Translations under genes and position numbers: made by a program
Part shown: one piece after another, positions 53,650 through 64,000 of the stretch
How the letters are laid out: each line of letters opens with the position of its first letter
Numbering within the stretch: position 1 is the first letter of the stretch
Notes under the pieces: generated by a model
Databases searched by the model: none
Told to the model about the DNA's origin: nothing
Seen by the model: the letters and a program-made list of their open reading frames with translations, nothing else
Source: Octopus sinensis
Lineage: Eukaryota
DNA length: 64,000 nucleotides
NCBI RefSeq assembly: GCF_006345805.1
Contig: NC_043003.1
Coordinates: 103,168,001 to 103,232,000 of the forward strand
Direction of reading: 5' to 3'

Positions 53650-53653
53650 ATAT

Positions 53654-53697
<44 letters not shown>

Positions 53698-54121
53698 CAC
53701 ATATACACACTCACTCACACATTTCTTTTTACTTGTTTCAGTCATTTGACTGTGGCCATGCTGGAGCACCGCCTTTAGTCGAGCAAATCGACCCCGGGAC
53801 ATATTCTTTGTAAGCCCAGTACTTATTCTATCGGTCTCTTTTGCCGAACCGCTAAGTGACAGGGACGTAAGCACACCAGCATCGGTTGTCAAGCAATGCT
53901 AGGGGGACAAACACATACACACACACATATATATATACATATATACGACAGGCTTCTTTCAGTTTCCGTCTACCAAATCCACTCACAAGGCATTGGTCGG
54001 CCCGGGACTATAGCAGAAGACACTTGCCCAAGATGCCACGCAGTGGGACTGAACCTGAAACCATGTGGTTGGTTAGCAAGCTACTTACCACACAGCCACT
54101 CCTGCGCCATATATACACATA

Positions 54122-54530
54122 TACATTGAGTCATCCCATAAATAAGCGGTTTTTTTCAATTGCATGAACTAAAAGTTGGAGGGGGACAAGATAAACTACC
54201 TGCATCAACTTGCTATAAAAGCAGGTAGTAATTTTACCTTGTACTTATTCTTAGTGCAAGTTTTGAAGAGTACGGTTAGATTTTAACAGTTATTTTTTTC
54301 AAAGCTACAATGGAAGTGACAAAGGAGCATATCCGGCATATTTTGCTTTATGAGTTCGATAAAGGCAACAACGCAACGGAACGTGCGATGAATATTAATG
54401 CAGCATATGGAGATCGAACAATAAGCATAAGCTAGTGTCAACGGTGGTTCCAGAAATTCCGAAACGGAAACTAAAGTCTAGAAGACGAGACTCGTCCTGG
54501 AAGATCTGTAGAGCTCGACGAGGACGTCCA
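54122..54530 (+). mobile_element. mariner element 5' end (TIR region plus transposase N-terminal HTH), truncated
   Basis: ATG at 54310: MEVTKEHIRHILLYEFDKGNNATERAMNINAAYGDRTISIS*CQRWFQKFRNGN*SLEDETRPGRSVELDED. Confidence 0.9.
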
Positions 54531-54739
54531 GGCATATAGATGTCTGCGTACGTGCGAGTATGTGCGTATATAGACGTGTTTTACTCTTTGCTTATTTTTA
54601 TACGCCCTTACACCTTTCTTTCTGTATTGTTACCCTTAGCCCTGTTTTTTCTTGTGCTTGTGCGTATATAGACGTGTGTATGAACTTTTTGTGGTGCGTG
54701 CGTGCGTGCGTGTTTGTTGGATTGTATATATATATATAT

Positions 54740-54786
<47 letters not shown>

Positions 54787-54839
54787 CTATATATATATAT
54801 ATTATATATATTGATATATATATATATATATACTATATA

Positions 54840-54879
<40 letters not shown>

Positions 54880-55463
54880 TAGGTAAACAGTAAAAAATAA
54901 TTACAGACATGGACAAGACATGAAAACACCACAGAACGACACAAGAACCACAGGACGGGACATTCGAAGCCCTCAGTCATCAGTCAAGAACCAGATCATC
55001 TTAGCAATTTCGGCTGATTAATCTTGAGATTGCTCCGTATGGCCACCCGCCAAGGGAAATCTAAGCCAAGCGCATTAGATCCCCTGGAAGAAAGCTTCGA
55101 ATGTACAATGCGAGGGTGAGAATGTGTACGTTTCAAGTGAGGGTGGATGAATGTATACTTTTAGGCGCATGTACGTGGGTTTGCGGGCGCGCATGTGTAT
55201 GTATGGACATGCGCGCTTACGCGAATACTATGGACTTTTTTATCCCCTTACTTTTACTCCTTCCCCTCACTTAGCGGTCATTCAAATACCTCTTTTTTCT
55301 TAATAACGGTCGATCACATTGTAATTTCCTTTTGTATAACGGTCATTTTCACAGCATTGTTTCCGACGGCCGGGTAACTGAAGAGATGGCGGCGTGGATT
55401 TCCATCCCGGCATCCGAAACTCGGAATTTTATCATGGCTACTGAATAATTGTCACATATTGCA

Positions 55464-55500
<37 letters not shown>

Positions 55501-55770
55501 GTATAAATGAAAGAGAAAGCTGCATAGACAAACAGACAGACAGACAGAGAGATAGAAGTATATATTACTGCTTTCCTACCCCTCTCTAATTTTCTCTCCC
55601 TTCCCTCTGTCCATTCATCCCCACTCAATCCAACCCCTCTTCATCCCACTTTCCTCCCCCTCCCCGATCTCTTTCTCTGTTTTCCTATTGTCTACCGTTG
55701 TATCCACCATTCATTCATTAAGTTTAAGTGTGTGTGTGTGCGTGTGTGTGTGCGCGTGTGCGTGTGCGTG

Positions 55771-55809
<39 letters not shown>

Positions 55810-56693
55810 CAGATTATGTCTCTCTTTGTCAGCTCAGCAATGTGTTAAATTTTCTCTGTCCAGTTTAATTTATTTAAAGACGTAAACGTATCCAGCTCAA
55901 CTAGTTCCCTCTGCTGGAGAACACTAATGAGGACATTTAAATGCAAAATGATGCGACTGATTTCCCCTTCTCTACCATACCACCGTATCGAGTTCAAGTT
56001 GCTTGAGGCTGGACTAACAACTGTGAAGGAGTTGCAATTCAAGAGTAACGGATAGAGATAGGGACTTAAAGAGAAATGGCGGGTGGCAATGGTGAACTGG
56101 TTGGAGTAAAAGCGTATGGGGGGTATGGGAAGTGAAGGAGAAAGGATTTTATTTTTAGCTTATTTGTTTTTATCTTTTATGCTTTATATTCTTTCTTGTA
56201 AGGGCGGCGAGCTGGCAGAATTGTTAGCACGTCGGACGAAATGCTTAGCAGTATTTCGTCTGCCGTTACGTTCTGAGTTCAAATTCCACCGAGGTCGACT
56301 TTGCCTTTCATCCTTTCGGTGTCGATAAATTAAGTACCAGTTACGCACTGGGGTCGATGTAATCGACTTAATCCGCTTGTCTGTCTTTGTTTGCTCCCTC
56401 TGTGTTTAGCCCCTTGTGGGTATAAAGAAATATATATTCTTTGTTGTTTCAGTCGTGAGACTACGACCATGCTGGGGCACCAGCTTGAAGAATTTTTAGC
56501 CGAATGAATCGATCCGATCCCAGTACTCTTTTGGTTGCTTCCCAGCCTGGTACTTATTTTACCGGTGTCTTTTGCCGAACCGCTAGTTACGGGTCGTAAA
56601 CACACCAATGCCGTTCGTCAAGCGGTGATGACTGGACAAACACAGGCACAAACATACACGCACACACATATGTAAGTATATATACATATATAT

Positions 56694-56724
<31 letters not shown>

Positions 56725-56794
56725 GTATATATATGTATATATAAATATATATATATATATATATGCACACACACACACAACAATACATACATAT

Positions 56795-56827
<33 letters not shown>

Positions 56828-56867
56828 ATATATATATTATATATATATATTATATATATATATATAC

Positions 56868-56901
<34 letters not shown>

Positions 56902-57587
56902 ATATATACATATATATATAGATACATATATATATATCAAGGGTTGAACAGAAAGGATACAAGGAGAAAAGTTAGACGAAAGCAGAGTAAACGGGAAAGT
57001 AGATCACTTTTTACTTTATATATATTCTTTTATTCTTTTACTGGTTTCAGGCATTTGACTGCGGCCATGCTGGAGCACCGCTTGTAGTCGGGCAAATCAA
57101 CCCCAGGACTTATTCTTTGTAAGCCTAGTACCTATTCTATCGTCCGCCTTTGCCGAACCGCTATGTTACGGGGGACGTAATCACACTAGCATCGGTTGTC
57201 AACGATGTTGGGGTAACAAACACAGACACACAAACATATACATTTTTATATATTAATATATATATATATACACGGCGAGCTTCTTTCAGTTTCCATCTAC
57301 CAAATCCACTTACAGGGTTTTGGTCGGCTCGAGGCTATAGTAGAAAGCATTTACCCAGGGTGCCACTCAGTGGGACTTAACCCGGAACCATGTGATTGGT
57401 AAGCAAGCTGCTTTATTTTATAAAAATTTGCCATAAAGGTATTTCAAAGAGTAGCTGCGGGCTGGACATATACATTGATGAGGTGAATGATGAAATAAGG
57501 ATGATATTGATGAGAGAAGGCAAAAGCGCCCGCCGATTTTCTTCTTCTCTAAAACATTGTTCTCTTTTTTTTTTTTAACAAAACAAA

Positions 57588-57667
<80 letters not shown>

Positions 57668-57709
57668 AAGAGAGAGAATGGGTGTGTGCGCGCGCGTTGT
57701 GTGTTCTCT

Positions 57710-58990
57710 TCTGTTTTTATTTGAAATCTTACTTTGAGGAAGGTGCTGGTTTCTAGCAAAAATACAAAGCACAGTCTTTGCAATGTAGATAACAAAAATA
57801 AATTAAACTTGAGAAAAGTCTTGCATAGTTCCATTTACAGATATTATTATTTTTTTTTTTTTGTATTTTACGAATTAGCTGGTTGTTTTCTTTTCCTGAA
57901 AACGCTAGCTTATCCAGATTGTCACCTTGGCTTTAATCACAAAAACCAAAAACACAAATTACTTTAAAAGTGAATTTATAATCTGGATATAGAAGCTGGA
58001 ACTTTCAAAGCAGTTCCTTGTGGTTATCCTGTCGCTCTTTGGTTTTCGAAAAGATATTCACATCAGTGGGGCAGCTGACCTCTATGACGGGACACGTTTT
58101 TTTCTTGTTTATCCCAAAAACCAATATCCAACCTCTCGTTTACACTCGGCAGAAATTTGGATGAGAATATTCCACCAATATTCCCTGCTTGATGCTTGTG
58201 TATATATTTAATAACAAAGGGACTCTCTATATTTATTCCATGACAGTCTTTTTTTCTTTTTTAATGGCATTGTTTTAGCGACATCACGTCACAATGGGAA
58301 GCAGTACCTTCATGACATTTTTGGGCAGCTGCTAATCGTATGTGTGGTGTCCTCTGCAGAAATAAGTAATCTACATTTTCGGTTGTATTTTGGGGGCCCC
58401 AGGGGTTTCACAGTCTCTTTTGTTTATACGGCATTTCGTAGCCATCTCCTTTTCTTGGATTGCAAATGAATTGCCTTCGAAGTATAATATGATGAAGCGG
58501 TCACGAATCCATTACGGCCTTCTTTTAGTCTTTGGGAAACATACCTATGCATAGATTTTTAGAGCTTTTTTTTATATCTAGTATGCTGAGCGTTTCACAT
58601 CCAGATCTTCTCCGAGGTACGTCAGTCCAGGTTTTTGAGAGTTGTATGAGAAGTCATCCGGAAGAGAGTGCTTCCTGAAAAGCTCACAGTCGACTCGTAG
58701 AATGCTGTCCTATTCGCTTTTCAACACTAAGCTACTGTATTTTGCTGCTTTTGTTTAACAGGTGCTGTCTGAGAAAGACTATACGACATTCGAAGTCTGT
58801 CTGCACTAACATCAAGCCTTTGCCTTAATTTTTCCTTAGATAGAGCCTGTCGATATCACTATTTCTGTAGAAGTTTCCAGTTGATGTCAAGAATGTTTAT
58901 AAAGTAGATTTCCTCTATAGACCAGTCATGTTGGAATCAACGCTGGTACTGAAAATGCATTGTGGGATAGTGTCTTGTAGTAAGAAGATA
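57710..58990 (-). mobile_element. R4/Dong-clade LINE (family B), second copy with 3' end
   Basis: Reverse-complement homology to 4640-5560. C-terminus reads KERQDNHKELL*KFQLLYPDYKFTF..LIRKIQ..ISVNGT. Confidence 0.75.
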
Positions 58991-59959
58991 GTCCTGACTA
59001 CCATATTTTTGGTGTGATTTTCTTGGGTCTATCTTTATTCACAGGATCTTCGTATGTATGTATGTATGCATGTATGCATGCATGTATGTATGTATGTATG
59101 TATGTATGTATGTATGTATGTATGTACGCAAATATGAACAGAGAGAGGTGGGAATGATAGAGAATATAGTTAGCGAGAAAGAGAGAAAGAGAAAGATTTA
59201 GTAGACTATTGGTGGTTGTGATTCGTGAAGAGATTAGAGAGAAATCCTTAGATTTTAAATGAAGACAACAGCAAATGTGTAAAGCAATGAGGCAGACATG
59301 GATCGAGTGAGGCGGGATGAAGCAAAGAGAATCGAAGTGAAATGTAGAGAAGTAAGTATAATGAAGATGGGACTGAAAAAAGTGAAGCTAACAGCGAAAG
59401 AATGGGGTGAGAGACGGAAAGATTGAGATAGAAGCGGATAGAAAGGAGGAAATTAAGAACATTTGGGATGAAATGAAATGTGTAAATGGAAAGAGGATAG
59501 AGATGTAAATATGGTTGAATGAAACAGAGAACGGTGGAAGGAGGCGAACTGGAGAGACACGAAATAAAGTTAAATGAGGCGGAGTGGTGATAAGGAGAGA
59601 GAAGTGTAACCAAGGTCGTTAAGGAGCGAACGGTGCAATAGAGAAGAAAGAAATGTGATTGATAAAGCTGGACCAAGTGGGACGAAGTATAACGAAATTA
59701 GACGGAGTGGTACGGAATAGGAACAGTATGACATGGAATAATGATATGGTGATTTGTTGACAAGAATAAATTTTATGCAATTTTTTAAGGTGTCTGCCTC
59801 AGTGATTTAGTTAATTAGACTGTAATTAGATTTTGAGAGAAGATATGAGAAAGGTGACATCGGTGTACAGTATATTGTTGGTAGTGGTTAGGGTGTGGGT
59901 GATGGTAAGAGATGTTAGCGGTGGGTGAAAGTTGTTGGAATGATAGCTTTTGCGGTGGT

Positions 59960-60890
59960 GGCTGTGGTGGTGGTGGTGGTGGTGATTGTGGTGGTGGCGG
60001 TGGTGGTGGTAGTGGTGGTGGTGGTAGTGGTGGTGGTGGTGGTGGTGGTGGTGGTAGTGGTGGTGGTGATTGTGGTGGTGGCGGTGGGGTGGTGGTGGTG
60101 GTGGTTGTGATTGTTGTGGGGTGGCGGTGGTGGTGGTAGTTGTGGTGGTGGTAGTGGTGGTGGTGTGTGGTGGTGGTGGTGGTGGTTGTGGTGATTGTGG
60201 TGGTGGTAGTGGGGTGGAGGTGGTAGTGGTGGTGGTGGTAGTGTGTGGTGGTGGTGGTGGGGTGGTGGTAGTGGTGGTGGTGGTGGTGGTGGTGTGGTGT
60301 GGTGATTGTGGTGGTGGTGGTGGTGGTGATTGTGGTGGTGGCGGTGGTGGTGGTGGTGGTGGTGGTGGTGATTTTGGTGGTGGCGGTGGTGGTGTATGGT
60401 GGTGGTGGTAGTGGTGGTGGTGGTAGTGGTGGTGGTGGGGTGGGGTGGTGGTGATTGTTGTGGTGGCGGTGGTGGTGGTAGTGGTGGGGTGGTGTGATTG
60501 TGGTGGTAGTGGTGGTTGGTGGTAGTGGTGGTGGTGGTGTTGGTAGTGGTGGTGGTGGTGTGGTGGTGTGGTGGTGATTGTGTGGTGGCGTGGTGGTGTG
60601 GTGGTGGTGGTGGTGGTGGTGGTGATGTGGTGGTGGTGGTGGTGGTGATTGTGGTGGTGGCGGTGGTGGTGGTAGTGGTGGTGGTGGTAGTGGTGGTGGT
60701 GGTGGAGTGGTGGTGGTGGTGGTGGTGGGGTGTGGTAGTGGTGGTGGTGGTGGGTGGTGGTGGTGGTAGTGGTGGTGGTGGTGGTGGTGGTTGGTAGTGG
60801 TGGTGGTGGTGGTGGTGGTGGTGGTAGTGGTAGTGGTAGTGGTGGTGGTGGTGGCGGCGGCGGCGGCGGCGGTGGTGGCTTTAGTAGTAG
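59960..60890. repeat. (GGT)n trinucleotide array with GAT/AGT/GGC variants
   Basis: Directly visible. Confidence 0.95.
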
Positions 60891-60987
60891 TGGTGATTGT
60901 GATGATGATTATAGTAATGGTGGAGGTGTAGATGTTGATTTTGTTTGAAGCGCCGGCGATGGTAATGTCAGCGTTGGCGGCTGCGGC

Positions 60988-63900
60988 GATGGTGGTGGTG
61001 AAGGAGGTGAAGGTGATGGTGGTGGTGGTGGTGAAGGAGGTGAAGGTGATGGTGGTGGTGGTGGTGGTGAAGGAGGTGAAGGTGATGGTGGTGGTGGTGG
61101 TGAAGGAGGTGAAGGTGATGGGTGGTGGTGGTGGGTGAAGGAGGTGAAGGTGATGGTGGTGGTGGTGGTGAAGGAGGTGAAGGTGATGGTGGTGGTGGTG
61201 GTGGTGAAGGAGGTGAAGGTGATGGTGGTGGTGGTGGTGAAGGAGGTGAAGGTGATGGTGGTGGTGGTGGTGAAGGAGGTGAAGGTGATGGTGGTGGTGG
61301 TTGTGGTGAAGGAGGTGAAGGTGATGGTGGTGGTGGTGGTGAAGGAGGTGAAGGTGATGGTGGTGGTGGTGGTGAAGGAGGTGAAGGTGATGGGTGGTGG
61401 TGGGTGGTGAAGGAGGTGAAGGTGGTGGTGGTGGTGGTGGTGAAGGAGGTGAAGATGATGGTGGTGGTGGTGTGTGGTGAAGGAGGTGAAGGTGTGGTGG
61501 TGGTGGTGGTGAAGGAGGTGAAGATGATGGTGGTGGTGGTGGTGGTGAAGGAGGTGAAGGTGATGGTGGTGGTGAGGAGGTGAAGGTGATGGTGGTGGTG
61601 GTGGTGGTGAAGGAGGTGAAGGTGATGGTGGTGGTGGGGTGAGGAGGTGAAGGTGATGGTGGTGGTGGTGGTGAAGGAGGTGAAGGTGATGGTGGGGTGG
61701 TGGTGGGTGAAGGAGGTGAGGTGATGGTGGGTGGTGGTGGTGAAGGAGGTGAAGGTGATGGTGGTGGTGGTGGTGGTTGAAGGAGGTGAAGGTGATGGTG
61801 GTGGTGGTGGTGAAGGAGGTGAAGGTGATGGTGGTGGTGGTGGTGGTGAAGGAGGTGAAGGTGATGGTGGTGGTGGTGGTGGTGAAGGAGGTGAAGGTGA
61901 TGGGTGGTGGTGGTGGAAGGAGGGAAGGTGATGGTGGTGGGTGGTGGTGAAGGAGGTGAAGGTGGTGGTGGTGGTGGTGGGAAGGAGGTGAAGGTGATGG
62001 TGGTGGTGGTGGTGGTGAAGGAGGTGAAGGTGATGGTGGTGGTGGTGGTGGTGAAGGAGGTGAAGGTGATGGTTGGTGGTGGTGGTGAAGGAGGTGAAGG
62101 TGATGGTGGTGTGGTGGTGGTGAAGGAGGTGAAGGTGGTGGTGGTGGTGGTGGTGAAGGAGGTGAAGTGTGGTGGTGGTGGTGGTGAAGGAGGTGAAGGT
62201 GGATGGGGGTGGTGGTGGTGGGAAGGGGTGAAGGTGATGGTGGTGGTGGTGGTGAAGGAGGGGAAGTGATGGTGGTGGTGGTGGTGAAGGAGGTGAAGGT
62301 GATGGTGGTGGTGGTGGTGGTGGGAAGGAGGTGAAGGTGATGGTGGTGGGTGGTGGTGAAGGAGGTGAAGGTGATGGTGGTGGTGAAGGAGGTGAAGGTG
62401 ATGGTGGTGGTGGTGGTGGTGAAGGAGGTGAAGGTGATGGTGGGTGGTGGGGGTGAAGGAGGTGAAGGTGATGGTGGTGGTGGTGGTGAGGAGGTGAAGG
62501 TGATGTGGTGGTGGTGGTGGTGAAGGAGGTGAAGGTGATGGTGGTGGTGGTGGTGGTGGTGAAGGAGGTGAAGGTGGTGGTGGTGGTGGTGGTGAAGGAG
62601 GTGAAGGTGATGGTGGTGGTGGTGGTGGTGAAGGAGTGAAGGTGATGGTGGTGGTGGTGGTGGTGAAGGAGGTGATGTGATGGTGGTGGTGGTGGTGGAG
62701 GAGGTGAAGGTGGTGGTGGGTGGTGGTGGTGAAGGAGGTGAAGGTGGTGGTGGTGGTGGTGGTGAAGGAGGTGAAGGTGATGGTGGTGGTGGTGGTGGTG
62801 AAGGAGGTGAAGGTGATGGTGGTGGTGGTGGTGGTGAGGAGGTGAAGGTGATGGTGGTGGTGGTGGTGAAGGAGGTGAAGGTGAGGTGGTGGGTGGTGGT
62901 GGTGAAGGAGGTGAAGGTGGTGGTGGTGGTGGTGGTGAAGGAGGTGTGAAGGTGGTTGGTGGTGTGGTGGTGAAGGAGGTGAAGGTGATGGTGGTGGTGG
63001 TGGTGGTGAAGGAGGTGAAGGTGGATGGTGGTGTGGTGGGTGGTGAAGGAGGTGAAGGTGATGGTGTGGTGGTGGTGGGGGTGAAGGAGTGAGGTGGTGG
63101 TGGTGGTGGTGGTGAAGGAGGTGAAGGTGGTGGTGGTGGTGGTGGTGGTGAAGGAGGTGAAGGGATGTGGTGGTGGTGGTGGTGAAGGAGGTGAAGGTGG
63201 TGGTGGTGGTGGTGGTGAAGGAGGTGAAGGTGGTGGTGGTGGTGGTGGTGGTGAAGGAGGTGAAGGTGATGGTGGTGGTGGTGGTGGTGAAGGAGGTGAA
63301 GGTGGTGGTGGTGGTGGTGGTGAAGGAGGTGAAGGTGGTGGTGGTGGGGTGGTGAGGAGGTGAAGGTGATGGTGGTGGTGGTGGTGGTGAAGGAGGTGAA
63401 GGTGATGGTGGTGGTGGTGGTGAAGGAGGTGAAGGTGATGGTGGTGGTGGTGGTGAAGGAGGTGAAGGTGATGGTGGTGGTGGTGGTGGTGAAGGAGGTG
63501 AAGGTGATGGTGGTGGTGGTGGTGGTGTGAAGGAGGTGAAGGTGAGGTGGTGGTGGTGGTGGTGAAGGAGGTGAAGGTGATGGTGGTGGTGGTGGGTGGT
63601 GAAGAGGTGAAGGTGATGTTGGTGGTGGTGGTGGTAAGGAGGTGAAGGTGATGGTGGTGGTGGTGGTGAAGGAGGTGAAGGTGGTGGTGGTGGTGGGTGA
63701 AGGAGGTGAAGGTGTGGTGGTGGTGGTGGTGAAGGAGGTGAATGAGAGGTGATGGTTGTGGTGGTGGGGGTGAAGGAGGTGAAGGTGATGGTGGTGGTGG
63801 TTGTGGTGAAGGAGGTGAAGGTGATGGTGGTGTTGGTGGTGAAGGAGTGGACAGGTGAATTGTGGTGGTGGTGGTGGTGAAGGAGGTGAAGGTGGGGGTG

Positions 63901-64000
63901 GTGGTGGTGGTGAAGGAGGTGAAGGTGGTGGTGGTGGTGGTGGTGAGGAGGTGAAGTGATGGTGTGGGTGGTGGTGGTGAAGGAGGTGAAGGTGATGGTG
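60988..64000. repeat. >3-kb minisatellite, unit GGTGAAGGAGGTGAAGGTGAT(GGT)3-6 (~30-39 bp), running off the window end
   Basis: Roughly 90 visible units with frequent 1-nt indels. Confidence 0.95.

Noticed and set aside
59912-63363. Gly/Glu-rich (GEGGEGDGGG) and Val/Lys-rich (VKEVKVMVVV) ORFs
   Set aside because: They are alternative frames of one minisatellite, with constant frame switching and no start, splice or domain context.

Overview
AT-rich, microsatellite-saturated animal DNA. The SINE families and repeat landscape look like an Octopus genome (recognised from memory, not from a database search). I can support no complete protein-coding gene, and nearly all supplied ORFs are simple-repeat artefacts. 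Coding-like sequence belongs to decayed transposons: a near-complete Penelope-like retroelement (PLE, Neptune type, RT + GIY-YIG) at 34.8-38.7 kb and two more PLE fragments, four R4/Dong-type LINE copies, CR1/L2-group and RTE LINE pieces, several Tc1/mariner remnants, a hAT remnant and a Helitron helicase fragment. There are also many tRNA-derived SINEs and MITEs. Two small candidate minus-strand exons may belong to a host gene with huge introns. The most interesting signal is non-coding. The window holds at least seven sequence-distinct type I hammerhead-ribozyme motifs in non-autonomous tandem or inverted units. These include a canonical hammerhead in a 581-nt-period retrozyme-like element (52897-53610). 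They also include a tRNA-headed hammerhead element in head-to-head form with a 13-bp TSD, nested in a second ~350-nt hammerhead repeat (50.3-51.5 kb), plus a 2.1-kb foldback and a U3-A8 covariant core at PLE 3' ends. A very young 781-bp palindromic MITE with an 8-bp TSD and a zero-spacer 162-bp palindrome are also present. All folds were done by eye and ribozyme activity is untested.
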